64,000 bases of DNA from Dehalococcoidia bacterium (GCA_049671165.1 JBATUN010000012.1:23102-87101), one strand, 5' to 3'. Shown: positions 19,415 through 29,971, counted from the first letter of the stretch. Made by a program: numbers and translations. The notes: generated by a model from the letters alone, not told the origin.

Positions 19415-20860
19415 TTAGCGAGGCTTCGTCCCTTTAATTAACTCGGGATGGAGGATGCCAATGAAGGGTAAGTTGCGGTATTCTCCCTTGTAATCTAATC
19501 CATAACCCACTACGAACTCATCGGGAACCTCAAAGCCTACATAATCAAGAGGAACATTTATCAATCGGCGTGCTCTTTTATCAAGCAAGGTACAAACGCG
19601 AAGACTGGCAGGATTGTGGGCAGAAAGATGATTGAGGATGTAATTGAGGGTCATGCCAGTATCTACAATATCTTCAACCATCAGTACGTGTTGTCCCGTT
19701 ATGCTGCTATCTAGGTCTCTGGTTATCTTGACCACCTGACCGTCACCACCGTAGTATGAGATAGCCATAAAGTCCAGGGTAACCGGAAGAGAAAGGTGCT
19801 GCATAAGGTCAGCCATGAAGCAGACAACGCCCTTCAAGATGCCTACTAGCACTAACCGCTGACCAGCATAATCACGCGAAATATGTCTGGCCAGAGTTCT
19901 TACCCTTCGTTGAATTTTGGCGTGGCTATACAAAACTCGGTCGACTCCTTCTACTTTAGCCTCGCCGAGAGGGCCATAACCATATTTGGCTAACAGCTTG
20001 AGGAAATCATTTTTGTTCAGAAGCCTGATATTGACTTCAGGATAAAGCGCTCTAAGCTGGCGCAGCTTGCGGTTCTTCTCTGTCAGCAGATTTTGTTTTA
20101 ATGTGGTCAGTTCAACATAAAGGTCCAGCTCTGGTAAATAAAAATCGGGAGTGAACATCTCTGCTATTTTGTTGCCTTCCCACCTAAGAGGAAAGGAACG
20201 AGGCTCATAAAGCCATTCAATACAGTAGAAGTCAAGAAGTTTGGCAAAATCCTCCTCGCTGGGATGAGCGAAACTAGTTGGCCTCAACGTCGTAGCGGGT
20301 AATGAAGATACTCGAGACGATTTTCTTCGTTTCTCACTTGCCTTATAGTTTTGCTCTAGCAATTGATTAAGCTCTGCTCTCTCAAAGATGACGGCGCACA
20401 TATCGGCAACACTGAGGAGGAAGCTTTTATCAGCTTCGGAGAATTGGCGAGGCTCACGGGTGTAAATTCGAATCTCCCCGATAGCTTCTCCTTTCCCAAG
20501 TACAGGAACCCCGAGTATAGAAGATATTCCTTGCGCTAGTGCTATTTGGGGATATTGAATTCTTTCATCTTCAGCAGCATCGGCAATAAATACCACTTTC
20601 CCCTCAAGGATATCCGGAAGGCTTTTACGGGCATCAAGTGGCCCCTTTTTCAGATAAAGGTCGCTCAAACCATACGCGCCTACAGTGATCAAATATTCCT
20701 TTTGGGAATTGAGGGATAGGATGCGGCAGCCATTTGCCTGCATTGCCTTGGCAGTGCTTTTAGCTATAGAATTACAAATCTTCCTTAAGCCAAAAGCCGA
20801 ATTAGCAACTTTGGTTATCCGCTTAAGAGCTGAATAATAACTACCTCTGGACCTACCCAC
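19415..20860 (-). CDS. hpt: Three-module protein: GAF sensor + PD-(D/E)xK-like segment + hypoxanthine phosphoribosyltransferase
   Basis: C-terminal ~180 aa is canonical HPRT (VLMVEDIVDTGMTL PRTase loop, GFEVPDEFVVGYGLDY). N-terminal ~170 aa is GAF-like. Middle segment FTPDFYLPELDLYVELTTLK resembles a D...E.K nuclease core. One continuous ORF with no internal stop. Confidence 0.7.
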   Translation of the reverse strand: MGRSRGSYYSALKRITKVANSAFGLRKICNSIAKSTAKAMQANGCRILSLNSQKEYLITVGAYGLSDLYLKKGPLDARKSLPDILEGKVVFIADAAEDERIQYPQIALAQGISSILGVPVLGKGEAIGEIRIYTREPRQFSEADKSFLLSVADMCAVIFERAELNQLLEQNYKASEKRRKSSRVSSLPATTLRPTSFAHPSEEDFAKLLDFYCIEWLYEPRSFPLRWEGNKIAEMFTPDFYLPELDLYVELTTLKQNLLTEKNRKLRQLRALYPEVNIRLLNKNDFLKLLAKYGYGPLGEAKVEGVDRVLYSHAKIQRRVRTLARHISRDYAGQRLVLVGILKGVVCFMADLMQHLSLPVTLDFMAISYYGGDGQVVKITRDLDSSITGQHVLMVEDIVDTGMTLNYILNHLSAHNPASLRVCTLLDKRARRLINVPLDYVGFEVPDEFVVGYGLDYKGEYRNLPFIGILHPELIKGTKPR

Positions 20861-20872
20861 TTTTCTCGCACT

Positions 20873-23488
20873 CTATCCGCATTTAGTAAAGCCACAGGCG
20901 AGGCAAATGTTGCAGCCTTCCTGGTAAATCAAAGGACCACCACAATCGGGGCATTGCCCGGCCCAACTCTTAGCCATCTCAGGATTTCTGGAAGGCGTCT
21001 CAGGATTACTAGCAGTCGCCTCTTTCTTAATGTACTTCTCAAGTACGCTGGCGATAGCATCGGCACAGGATAAAATAGCATGTCCCTGCTCCCAAGCGAT
21101 AGACGGGCATCTAATGCCGCGCAGGTGCTTCACAATAGAATTTACATCTATTCCAGACCTTAGAGCCAGGGATGTTAGGCGGCTAATACCCTCAAGCTGT
21201 GCTGCCGCACAACCTCCAGCTTTTCCCAAAGTGGAGAAGACTTCGGATATTCCCTGCTGATCGAAATTCACTGTCACATAGATGTAGCCACACCCCGTGT
21301 TGACCCTTTCAGTTACACCCGTGGTAACTTTAGGCCTTTTCCGGGGAGCCAGCTTACCTTCAGCCTTTTTCGCCCCTTCACCGACAGTGAGGACCTGACT
21401 TCCTCGGCTCCTATCACGGTAAATGGTTATCCCTTTCAAGCCCTCCTGGTAAGCCAGCATATACACTTTAGCTACATCCTCGGGTGTCGCCTCGTGGGGA
21501 AAATTGACCGTCTTGGATACAGCATTATGTGTAGACTTCTGGAAGGCTGCCTGCATCTTAACGTGCCACTCAGGGGATATGTCATGGGCAGTGACAAAGA
21601 GCCTTTTTACCTCTTCGGGAACTTCTTCTATGTCTTTTAACCTCTTTCCTTCAGCTAGCTGCTTCATTAAATCCGGGGAATAGAACCCTCCCTTTTTGGC
21701 TGCCTCCTCAAAATAAGGGTTCACCTCTATAAATTCTTCGCCTTCCAGGATATGACGCACGTAGCTTAAGGCGAACAATGGTTCGATGCCGCTGGAGCAA
21801 CCAGCTATTATGCTCAGGGTGCCCGTAGGAGCAATAGTAGTTCTGGTGGCATTTCTCACTCTGAGGCCATCGGGGCGGTCATAGATGCTTCCTTGGAAAG
21901 CGGGGAATACCCCTCTTTCTTTTGCTAGTTCCATAGAGACCCCGGTCGCCTCGTCAGACATGAACTTCATCAACTCCTTTGCCTTTCCCAACGCCTCTTC
22001 CGAATCGTAGGGAATACCTAGCTGGATTAACATATCGGCAAAGCCCATCACCCCGAGCCCAATCTTTCTCGTTTTCTTGGTTGCCTCCTCTATTTCTGCC
22101 AGGGGAAATCTATTGACATCAATAACGTTGTCCAAGAACCTGACGGCAACCCTTATTGTTTCAGCCAACCTTGTGTAATCAGGATCAGTAGTCCCGTTTG
22201 TGGTTCGCAACATCCTGGCTAGATTGATGGAGCCTAGATTACATGACTCGTAAGGGAGCAGAGGCTGCTCACCGCAAGGGTTGGTGCTTACGATGTGGCC
22301 CAGTTGTGGGGTTGGGTTGTCATCGTCTATTCGGTCAATAAAGACAATACCCGGGTCGCCTGTTTCCCAGGCCAGAGCCACCATCTGGTCAAATACTCCC
22401 TTCGCATTGAGCTTACCCACTACCTCTTCGGTGCGCGGATTCTGTAGATTATAGTCAGTGCCAGTCTTGACTGCCTCCATGAACTGCTTGGTCACGGCTA
22501 CCGAGAGATTGAAGTTGGTTAGAGCTTTCGGGTCCTCCTTAGCCTCGATGAATTCCAGGATGTCGGGATGCTCAACATTGAGCATTGCCATATTGGCTCC
22601 GCGGCGCATGCCACCTTGCTTTATGACATCGGTAGTGGCATCAAAGGCTCGCATGAAAGAAACAGGGCCACTAGCAATGCCACCTGTAGAACCCACTCTA
22701 TCCCTTGCCGGTCTAAGTCGGGAAAAGGAAAACCCGGTACCTCCGCCACTTTTATGAATCAAAGCAGTATATTTAACCGCATCAAAAATAGATTCCATAG
22801 AATCCTCAATAGGTAAAACAAAACAAGCTGATAATTGCCCTAGTTCACGGCCGGCATTCATTAATGTGGGGGAGTTAGGTAAGAAATCCAGGTTTGCCAT
22901 TAACTGATAGAATGCCTCCTCCCAAAAGGAAACATCTGCTTTGGAATCGTAAAGGAGCTCGGCTGAGGCAATGTGCCTGGCGACGCGGCGAAATAACTCT
23001 TGTGGGGTCTCAATAACGCTCCCCTCTCCATCCTTTGTCAAATATCTTCTTTCCAGAACCCTTAAGGCATTATCGCTAAGCTTGACATCAGCAGTGACTT
23101 GAACCACTGGCTTGGCTAGAATAACAGGCATTTCTTTAGTCGCGGTTTCCATTTCAGGCTTAACCTCCTCTGGCTTAGCTGGCTCTTCAGCAGCCAAGAT
23201 TTCTTTTACCGCAGTCTGGATTTCAGACTCAGTGAATGGACGCTTCTGTGGACGGTGCTTTGGGACCAAGCGCTCCATTCCAGGTAGGGGTTGCTGCTGT
23301 TCCAAGCGTTCAATCACCTGGGTGGTGAGTTGCTCTATCTTGTTTCTATCACGTATACCCATTGACTCAGCATCAGCCACTACAGCTCTGAGAATTTCAG
23401 TGCGATTAAGAGATCCCTCACTGTTGTTTCTCTTATGACTATTATTTGACACAATGCTCTCCGGATATAGTATTTTGCTTTGCTTCAC
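20873..23488 (-). CDS. nrdJ: Adenosylcobalamin-dependent ribonucleotide reductase (class II)
   Basis: Motifs [21 protein letters not shown] and C-terminal Cys pairs CPDCGG...CNICLACG. 871 aa. Confidence 0.9.
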   Translation of the reverse strand: MKQSKILYPESIVSNNSHKRNNSEGSLNRTEILRAVVADAESMGIRDRNKIEQLTTQVIERLEQQQPLPGMERLVPKHRPQKRPFTESEIQTAVKEILAAEEPAKPEEVKPEMETATKEMPVILAKPVVQVTADVKLSDNALRVLERRYLTKDGEGSVIETPQELFRRVARHIASAELLYDSKADVSFWEEAFYQLMANLDFLPNSPTLMNAGRELGQLSACFVLPIEDSMESIFDAVKYTALIHKSGGGTGFSFSRLRPARDRVGSTGGIASGPVSFMRAFDATTDVIKQGGMRRGANMAMLNVEHPDILEFIEAKEDPKALTNFNLSVAVTKQFMEAVKTGTDYNLQNPRTEEVVGKLNAKGVFDQMVALAWETGDPGIVFIDRIDDDNPTPQLGHIVSTNPCGEQPLLPYESCNLGSINLARMLRTTNGTTDPDYTRLAETIRVAVRFLDNVIDVNRFPLAEIEEATKKTRKIGLGVMGFADMLIQLGIPYDSEEALGKAKELMKFMSDEATGVSMELAKERGVFPAFQGSIYDRPDGLRVRNATRTTIAPTGTLSIIAGCSSGIEPLFALSYVRHILEGEEFIEVNPYFEEAAKKGGFYSPDLMKQLAEGKRLKDIEEVPEEVKRLFVTAHDISPEWHVKMQAAFQKSTHNAVSKTVNFPHEATPEDVAKVYMLAYQEGLKGITIYRDRSRGSQVLTVGEGAKKAEGKLAPRKRPKVTTGVTERVNTGCGYIYVTVNFDQQGISEVFSTLGKAGGCAAAQLEGISRLTSLALRSGIDVNSIVKHLRGIRCPSIAWEQGHAILSCADAIASVLEKYIKKEATASNPETPSRNPEMAKSWAGQCPDCGGPLIYQEGCNICLACGFTKCG

Positions 23489-24366
23489 CTATCAGGAAAA
23501 GCTAGAGAAATAACATATCTCGCTTCACCATGACCAAAACCTTTGGATTCGATGAGTATACGTTTAATACCAGCATCAAGTCTAAAATCCTTGCGACATT
23601 TAACAGGACTGTCGTATTGGTAGGTTTTGTACAAAGTGGAAGTATGCCTAGCGAGTGTATGCACTGGCATATAGTCAGCCTTGCCCTTCGATTTTTTCCC
23701 GGGGCCTACACGCCACGCTAAACGAAGCACTTTGGACTTGGTTCTTGGCCGCTGACGCCAGAGCAGGACAATGCAAGGCTCCGCGCTAAGCTCGGCAATC
23801 CGAATAGCAGTTGAGCTAATGGAGACTCTGAAGATGTTGGCCAACCATTCAAGCGATTTAATAGATATGCCAAAACCCGATAAATGTTTCTTGAAAACTG
23901 CCTCTGGCATGAGGAGTTCTGTAGCAGCGGCGTCGCATAGGCGTTCTCTAGCTTTTGCACGGGCTATTGCAGGAGCTTGTGGGTTGAGGGTTCGAAATTC
24001 AACCTCCTCCACACAAGGTTCCAGGTTTAGCTCACTAAGTAAGGCATGCCCAATTTCGTGAGCACAGGAAAAGTTTTGCCTGGCCGAGTTATGGTTTTGG
24101 TTCACCCTAATCACGTCCCCGTCATGTAATTTGATTAGAATAGCGCTTACTTCCCCCAAATTCGCTTTTTCAATTCTTTTTATGCCCAGCAGAGGAGCAT
24201 ATTCTTCTGACAAGAATGGTGGCCTCCCATGTCCTCTCTGCTCAACCAATTGGTTCACAAGCTGTCTTGCTCGTTCAACAATAAGGCTGGTAGCTTGTTC
24301 CAAGTGGAGAGATACTGGTGATACTTGGCTGGTTGGGTTATCACAGGGCAAGTTATTCACACTCAT
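23485..24366 (-). CDS. ImmA/IrrE family metallo-endopeptidase (COG2856-like)
   Basis: HEXXH motif in SCAHEIGHALLSEL. Immediately downstream of an XRE HTH gene; overlaps the nrdJ start by 4 nt. Confidence 0.7.
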   Translation of the reverse strand: MSVNNLPCDNPTSQVSPVSLHLEQATSLIVERARQLVNQLVEQRGHGRPPFLSEEYAPLLGIKRIEKANLGEVSAILIKLHDGDVIRVNQNHNSARQNFSCAHEIGHALLSELNLEPCVEEVEFRTLNPQAPAIARAKARERLCDAAATELLMPEAVFKKHLSGFGISIKSLEWLANIFRVSISSTAIRIAELSAEPCIVLLWRQRPRTKSKVLRLAWRVGPGKKSKGKADYMPVHTLARHTSTLYKTYQYDSPVKCRKDFRLDAGIKRILIESKGFGHGEARYVISLAFPDR

Positions 24367-24369
24367 CGA

Positions 24370-24705
24370 TTACTCCCCATCATCGAAGAGGCTACCCTGA
24401 TGAGGAGGTGCTGCCGGTGGTGGCTTAAGGCCTTCCTTATACTCGTCCTCTGATAGAATGTCACTTGTGTCCTCAAATGATTTTTGTCTAGTACATTTTA
24501 GACCGAAGGCATCGAAGAGCTCCTGGAGCTTATGCATTACTGGCTCTGGCTGCCCCCTTATTCCTCTTTCGATGCTGTCTTGCGCTAATCCCGTTCGCTG
24601 AGCAAGCTGCATTGAACGCATCCCAAGCTTACTCTTCCAATAGCTGACGCATCGCCATATTTCAGTTCTCTCGTTGAGATCATGCTCTGTAGGTTGCCTT
24701 GTCAT
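24370..24705 (-). CDS. XRE-family helix-turn-helix transcriptional regulator
   Basis: HTH_3-like LGMRSMQLAQRTGLAQDSIERGIRG. 111 aa with an acidic/Pro-rich C-terminal tail. Confidence 0.65.
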   Translation of the reverse strand: MTRQPTEHDLNERTEIWRCVSYWKSKLGMRSMQLAQRTGLAQDSIERGIRGQPEPVMHKLQELFDAFGLKCTRQKSFEDTSDILSEDEYKEGLKPPPAAPPHQGSLFDDGE

Positions 24706-24751
24706 TTCCCTCCTCCTAATATTTCAATTCCATTAATAAAATTAGTTGCGT

Positions 24752-25291
24752 TCATTTTTGACCCTTCTGATGACTCCTGGCTAGTATTCCCAATTCCTCG
24801 CTAGGGAGTAGAGGTGGCTGGCTAGTAGAGACAGATGTTTTGGATTCCCTGCTTAGTAGGGTATCTACCTCTTGTTTTAGTGACGTAATATCAGCAAATT
24901 CTCGATAAACACTGGCGAAGCGAATGTAAGCAATGTGGTCCAGTTTCTTTAGTCCGTCCATGACCAAGTCACCGATATAGGAACTGGATACCTCGCGTTT
25001 GCCCACCTTGTAAAGCTCAGCCTCGATGGTGTCCACAAACTTGTCAATGGCGCCAGTGGGAAGAGGCCGTTTTTCGCAGGCCTTGCGAATACCCAGAAGA
25101 AGCTTATCCCGACTGAATTCCTCACGTCGTCCATCCTTCTTAATAATGAAGATATCATGTGGCTGTACGCGCTCGTAAGTAGTGAAGCGAGCATTGCAGG
25201 CGGGGCATTTCCTTCGCCGCCTCACTCCTTCGTCTAGACTCCGAGAGTCTATCACCCTTGATTCCTGCTTACCACAGTAAGGACAGTTCAC
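24752..25291 (-). CDS. nrdR: Transcriptional repressor NrdR
   Basis: Zn-ribbon CPYCGKQESRVIDSR...CPACNARF plus ATP-cone. Start re-placed at the GTG giving MNCPYCGK, with SD GGGAG 6 nt upstream. The ORF-track start at 25351 lies upstream of the predicted promoter. Confidence 0.85.
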   Translation of the reverse strand: MNCPYCGKQESRVIDSRSLDEGVRRRRKCPACNARFTTYERVQPHDIFIIKKDGRREEFSRDKLLLGIRKACEKRPLPTGAIDKFVDTIEAELYKVGKREVSSSYIGDLVMDGLKKLDHIAYIRFASVYREFADITSLKQEVDTLLSRESKTSVSTSQPPLLPSEELGILARSHQKGQK

Positions 25292-25322
25292 TGACTTCTC
25301 CCAAAGATTGTGGTGTGGAAGC

Positions 25323-25351
25323 ATTATACCACTAGATGTAGTAAGATGCAA
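25323..25351 (-). promoter_or_regulatory. Sigma-70-like promoter for the nrdR-xre-immA-nrdJ operon
   Basis: On the minus strand: TTGCAT, then 17 nt, then TGgTATAAT (extended -10). About 30 nt upstream of the NrdR GTG. Confidence 0.45.
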
Positions 25352-25748
25352 TACCCTACATGAAAAAAGAAGCGGTTCTTCTTTTTGATTGACACGACAC
25401 CTCTGATGAATTGTGTAATCTTGCGCCCCGAATGCTACCTGAACATACTAAGAGATACCACCAAGGCAATTGCCGATAGGGAATTGCCATTTCTTAAGTG
25501 TTTCAGGCTGTAAATCAGAATTTTGCGGAACCTGCGGCGACAGTTGGCGGACTGTCAAGGTCTGTCCTGAGCATGCTAGTCGCGTTGTCCGATTATTCCG
25601 AAACTCTGCATGTCTGAAGCCTATCCTGCTGAGCAATCTCAGGTGGAAAAAACCAGCCCTGCTACAAGGCCTGATCGGTGTCCTTCCATTATAGACCCGT
25701 CTGAGACCAGGGCAGTTCTGATCCTCGTTTCCTCTTATGCACAATACG

Positions 25749-27326
25749 CTACCTGCCATAGGAGAGCGCGTTGGTATCCTTTATGATCGTCCTGTTCAGT
25801 GACCAGATATTTCTGATGGCTTCTATCGTTCCAATCCCGGCAGCCGCTGGATGCCCACATGGACCAAAGAAGTGCCACTGAGGCGCTCCTGTGGTTCGGG
25901 CTCTGATACCGGCATACGTTGTGCCGTTCACCGTCTGTCCCAATACGTAGTTCAGGAAGTCTGGATCGTTATCGACAACTCCGGCCGTAAGATGATGCTT
26001 CATGGAGTTACATATTTTCAGCAGTAACTTGAGATCTCCCTTGGATTCCCATGTCGTTATGACCTGAAGAGGCCCAAAAACCTCGGTTGTAACCAACTCA
26101 ACATGTCGCGGAATGCTCTTCAGTGGCACGAACACGGCAGTGGGTTCAAAGCTGCCGTAGCAGGATGGCATCGAATGCCTCTTTAAGCGTTTGCCGCCGA
26201 ACTGTATCTTCGCGCCCCCGATGCTCAATAGCTTATCGATGTGCTCCTCAATCATCTCGTTGGTCCAAGTCAGCGACGGACCTATAGTAAGATCTCTTAT
26301 GCTGCGTTTGGCGGCAAGTTCTCCTATTCTCACCAGGAGGCCAAGCTTCACCCAGTTCTCGTGGACAGCCAATAGGCTCTGGGCCGAACACTTCTGACCA
26401 CTGGCCGCGTAGGCATCCTTATCGCACTCCTCTGCTACAAGGTCGATCATAGACGGGATTGCATTCGGCCCAATTATCTTCCAATCGAAGCCAGCATCCT
26501 CAATGCGGCACTTTCCTTTGGTCAGCTCCAATAGCCGCTCCGCAACCGAAGTGCTGCCGGTGAACTGTGTAAACTGAATGACCGGGTTGGTGACTAGTTT
26601 CTGCATTACCTCACCGCTGCAGTGAATCAGAAGCAGGTCCTGCGCAGGCATTCCACAATGCAGAAGCAGCCTTACGAAAGCTTCGGCAACGATGGAAGTA
26701 GTTGTCGCTTGCTTGACAACTGGTTTGTTTCCCATGTACAAGGCGCCCATCGTCTGTAAAGCCATTATCTCCAGTGGGAAATTGAAAGGTGTGATCACGG
26801 CCACGGGACCGTGGGGCCAGCGATAGTCGATGGCCTCCTGCCCCAAGTGATTGCCCGGAGTACTCTGTCCCTTGGCAAGGAACCTGACCTGATCGCCCGA
26901 GAAGTTCTCCAGGAATGTGGCTGTCACAGTGACTTCGTTGCGGCATTGTTCAGTGTCCTTGGGCATGACTCTCTGAATCAGCCTCGTGAAGTAGCTCTCC
27001 CCTTCGCTACTTCTGAGAAAATCGGCGAGCCTTTCGCTGATCTGTCCATACATCAGGTATCTTTCGACATTCATGATCGGGTTATGCAAACCATATTTGG
27101 GGCATTTTGCCAGCGCTTGAATGAAAGGTGCCAATTCCTCTTCGCTGGTACCCGGCATCTGGATGAACGGTTCGCCTGACATCGGGTCCAAGACCTCTCT
27201 GTACTTCTTGGCTTCTAGCCATCTCCCGTCGATGAAATTCATCAGATGAGCTGGCTTGGCCCCTGAGATTTCATCAGGTTGCCAAGGGAAGATGTCGTCT
27301 GGCGTCGCTGTTCTAACTCTGTTCAT
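25749..27326 (-). CDS. Aldehyde dehydrogenase family protein (P5C dehydrogenase/ALDH4-like)
   Basis: Catalytic Cys context GQKCSAQSLL and ALDH Glu region. 525 aa. Confidence 0.8.
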   Translation of the reverse strand: MNRVRTATPDDIFPWQPDEISGAKPAHLMNFIDGRWLEAKKYREVLDPMSGEPFIQMPGTSEEELAPFIQALAKCPKYGLHNPIMNVERYLMYGQISERLADFLRSSEGESYFTRLIQRVMPKDTEQCRNEVTVTATFLENFSGDQVRFLAKGQSTPGNHLGQEAIDYRWPHGPVAVITPFNFPLEIMALQTMGALYMGNKPVVKQATTTSIVAEAFVRLLLHCGMPAQDLLLIHCSGEVMQKLVTNPVIQFTQFTGSTSVAERLLELTKGKCRIEDAGFDWKIIGPNAIPSMIDLVAEECDKDAYAASGQKCSAQSLLAVHENWVKLGLLVRIGELAAKRSIRDLTIGPSLTWTNEMIEEHIDKLLSIGGAKIQFGGKRLKRHSMPSCYGSFEPTAVFVPLKSIPRHVELVTTEVFGPLQVITTWESKGDLKLLLKICNSMKHHLTAGVVDNDPDFLNYVLGQTVNGTTYAGIRARTTGAPQWHFFGPCGHPAAAGIGTIEAIRNIWSLNRTIIKDTNALSYGR

Positions 27327-27908
27327 GTGTTACCCTACCTCATTTCTGGTTTGGTGCTTGCCTCGGTGACAGGCTTGTCGGCGGCCCAGTCCTCGGCATG
27401 CTACAACAGAGATTCGTTGGGTGAAAAGAATATCGAAGTCTAGGGTTGTCGGGCAGTTGGTAAGAATACTTGTGAGTTGCCCTCTCACTTATCCTCCTGA
27501 TGCCGCTTCCACGGATTGGTTAAGTCGTCCAAGAACCCGTTAACGGCACCAGAATGCTATCTATTTCCTCAGTCTTTGTCAAACTCTGTGCTCCGCTGAA
27601 ACACTGGGTGCGTTGATCCTCAGCGCTGATTAATGAATATGGACGTTGCCGTGACAGCTCTGGTTGCAGGCTGTCGGAAGATGTCTCCCCAGTTCGAACT
27701 GCCGGGTGCCTGGTCGCCAACACGGGTCATCAGGCCAATAGTAAGTCAGTGTCGGGGAGTGGTCGTCTCTAAGGACACGCGGCGCTAATAAGTGCGTTGG
27801 TGGACAATTTCGGGAGAATGTGCTAGGTTTTCGTCTGCACAATAGTACCGGGATTAGTATCGCATTAGGCTGATGCTGAGAACATGACAAAGCTTTCTGA
27901 GTCCATCG

Positions 27909-28919
27909 ATGGAAGAAATACTGCCGAGTCTTTATAGAATCGAAGTTCCGCTCCCTGGAAGTCCTCTCAAAGCCACCAACTCTTATGTTGTAAAGGGGAC
28001 AGACCAATCTTTGATTATTGATACTGGATGGAATCGGGAAGACTGTATGGCGGCGCTTGTTTCCGGCTTGCGGGAATGTGGCGTGGACTTGAAGCAGGCC
28101 GATTTCTTCATCACCCACATGCATGCAGACCACTCGGGTTTAGTCTCAACTCTCGCTGAGCAAGGGGCAAAAATCTACTTTGGCCAGGCAGATGCGGAGA
28201 TTATTAGGTCTAGTACGCCTGGGCATTGGGAGAAGATGATTGATTTTGCTCGTAAGTGTGGCTTTCCTGGAGAAGAGCTGGAAAAGGCTATTGGAAGCCA
28301 CCCCGGTCGCAGATATAGCCCAAATACCTCCTTGAATTTTTGTATCTTAAGAGACGGTGATACGATAAGCATCGGGGATTACTTGTTTGGATGCATTGAA
28401 ACCCCGGGGCATACTCCGGGTCACATTTGTCTTTATGAGCACGGCAAGAAAATATTCATATGTGGTGACCATATCCTTGCTGATATAACTCCGAATATTA
28501 CCCTCTCCTTCGAGGATCGAAATCCATTGAAAGAATACCTGATGAGTTTGGACAAGGTTTATGATTTGGACGTTGAACTTGTCCTGCCCGGTCATAGGTC
28601 TATCTTCAGTAATCAAAAGGAGAGAATTCGAGAGCTGAGGCAGCATCATCAAGCCAGACTCACAGAGGTCATGTCCATTCTGGGCAAGGGTAAGCAAAAC
28701 GCATTCCAGGTCGCATCACAAATGACCTGGGACATAGGTTACAAGTCCTGGGATTTATTTCCTCCGGCACAGAAGTTATTTGCCTTTGGAGAGGCTCTGG
28801 CTCATTTGAAGTATCTTGAAGAGGAAGGGAAAGTGGGATTGGGTATGGAAAAGCAGGGAATTATGTTTTTCATCACACAGAATAAGAAGGAGGTACACAA
28901 ATGGCAGACGCTTACGTAG
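27909..28919 (+). CDS. MBL-fold metallo-hydrolase
   Basis: HMHADHSG (HxHxDH), plus downstream His and Asp ligands (TPGHTPGH, CGDH). Confidence 0.85.
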   Translation: MEEILPSLYRIEVPLPGSPLKATNSYVVKGTDQSLIIDTGWNREDCMAALVSGLRECGVDLKQADFFITHMHADHSGLVSTLAEQGAKIYFGQADAEIIRSSTPGHWEKMIDFARKCGFPGEELEKAIGSHPGRRYSPNTSLNFCILRDGDTISIGDYLFGCIETPGHTPGHICLYEHGKKIFICGDHILADITPNITLSFEDRNPLKEYLMSLDKVYDLDVELVLPGHRSIFSNQKERIRELRQHHQARLTEVMSILGKGKQNAFQVASQMTWDIGYKSWDLFPPAQKLFAFGEALAHLKYLEEEGKVGLGMEKQGIMFFITQNKKEVHKWQTLT

Positions 28920-29908
28920 TCTTAGCTGGAAAGCTTGGTTATGCTGAGTCAGAGAGACTTAGGAAGTTGCTCAAAAGGCTCATGGATAAGGAAGAAGCTG
29001 AGATAGTAGCTTCTCTTCCGTGTCCTGTGGCTGAGCTTGCCCAGAAGCTGGGCAAGAACGAAGAAAAGGTGAACGAAATGCTTAAGGAGCTTTTTGAGAA
29101 AGGGGTCATCTTCATGACTTCTAAGGGCTATCAATTTGCCAGGGACATATTTCAGCTCCATGATGCCACGGCCTGTGATGTGAGGTCGGACAAGGTCTGG
29201 GGGCGCGAGCTCCTCAATCTCTGGGAAGATTTCTGCCAGGCAGAATGGTACGCTGACTGGGCGAAGGTCGTTCAGACCTGGAAAATGCCTCTGTGGAGGG
29301 TGATTCCGGCCAGAAAAGCTATCTCCAAAGGAACGAGACTCCTTCCATCTGAGGACATGGAGACTATCCTTGATAAGGCTACCAGGTTTGCCCTAGCCAA
29401 CTGTTCTTGTCGGAGAATAGCCACAAGGTGTGATTTGCCGGTTGAGGTCTGTCTTCAAGTCAACCGAGCAGCGGAATACGCCATAACCAGAGGGACAGGT
29501 AAGGAACTGACTAAGAATGATGCGATGAAGGTTATGGATGTTGCGGAGGAGGCCGGTCTTATACATAGTGTGTTTAATGCTTCTGTAGTTACCAATGTGA
29601 TCTGCAATTGCTGCGGCGACTGCTGTATCTTCTATTATCCTCTTACCAAGTATGGTGTCCTCGAGAAGGGGGTGGCTAAGAGCAGATTCCAGGCAGAGGT
29701 GGACAAGGCAACCTGCAAGGGGTGTCAGACTTGCGTGGAAAGGTGCCCATTCGAAGCGGTCGATATGGTCAAAATCCCGGGGGAAAAGAAACTCAAGGCC
29801 CAGATAAGTTCAGAAAAGTGTTTTGGTTGTGGGGTCTGTGTCGTGGGATGTGAATCACAGGCCATCAAGTTCGTTGAAATCAGGCCTGCTGAGCACATCC
29901 CCGTTTAA
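28901..29908 (+). CDS. 4Fe-4S dicluster domain protein with Cys-rich CNCCGDCC motif (unknown function)
   Basis: Two ferredoxin-type motifs, CKGCQTCVERCP and CFGCGVCVVGCE. Overlaps the MBL gene by 19 nt (translational coupling). Confidence 0.6.
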   Translation: MADAYVVLAGKLGYAESERLRKLLKRLMDKEEAEIVASLPCPVAELAQKLGKNEEKVNEMLKELFEKGVIFMTSKGYQFARDIFQLHDATACDVRSDKVWGRELLNLWEDFCQAEWYADWAKVVQTWKMPLWRVIPARKAISKGTRLLPSEDMETILDKATRFALANCSCRRIATRCDLPVEVCLQVNRAAEYAITRGTGKELTKNDAMKVMDVAEEAGLIHSVFNASVVTNVICNCCGDCCIFYYPLTKYGVLEKGVAKSRFQAEVDKATCKGCQTCVERCPFEAVDMVKIPGEKKLKAQISSEKCFGCGVCVVGCESQAIKFVEIRPAEHIPV

Positions 29909-29971
29909 GGGTGGTAGCCCACAAAATCTGTTTGTGGGAAGAGCTTTATCAGAGCGATATGCGTTCTCTAA

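Noticed and set aside
27630-28133. 167-aa minus-strand ORF overlapping the MBL gene start
   Set aside because: Overlaps a strongly supported + strand gene and the divergent promoter region. No motifs.
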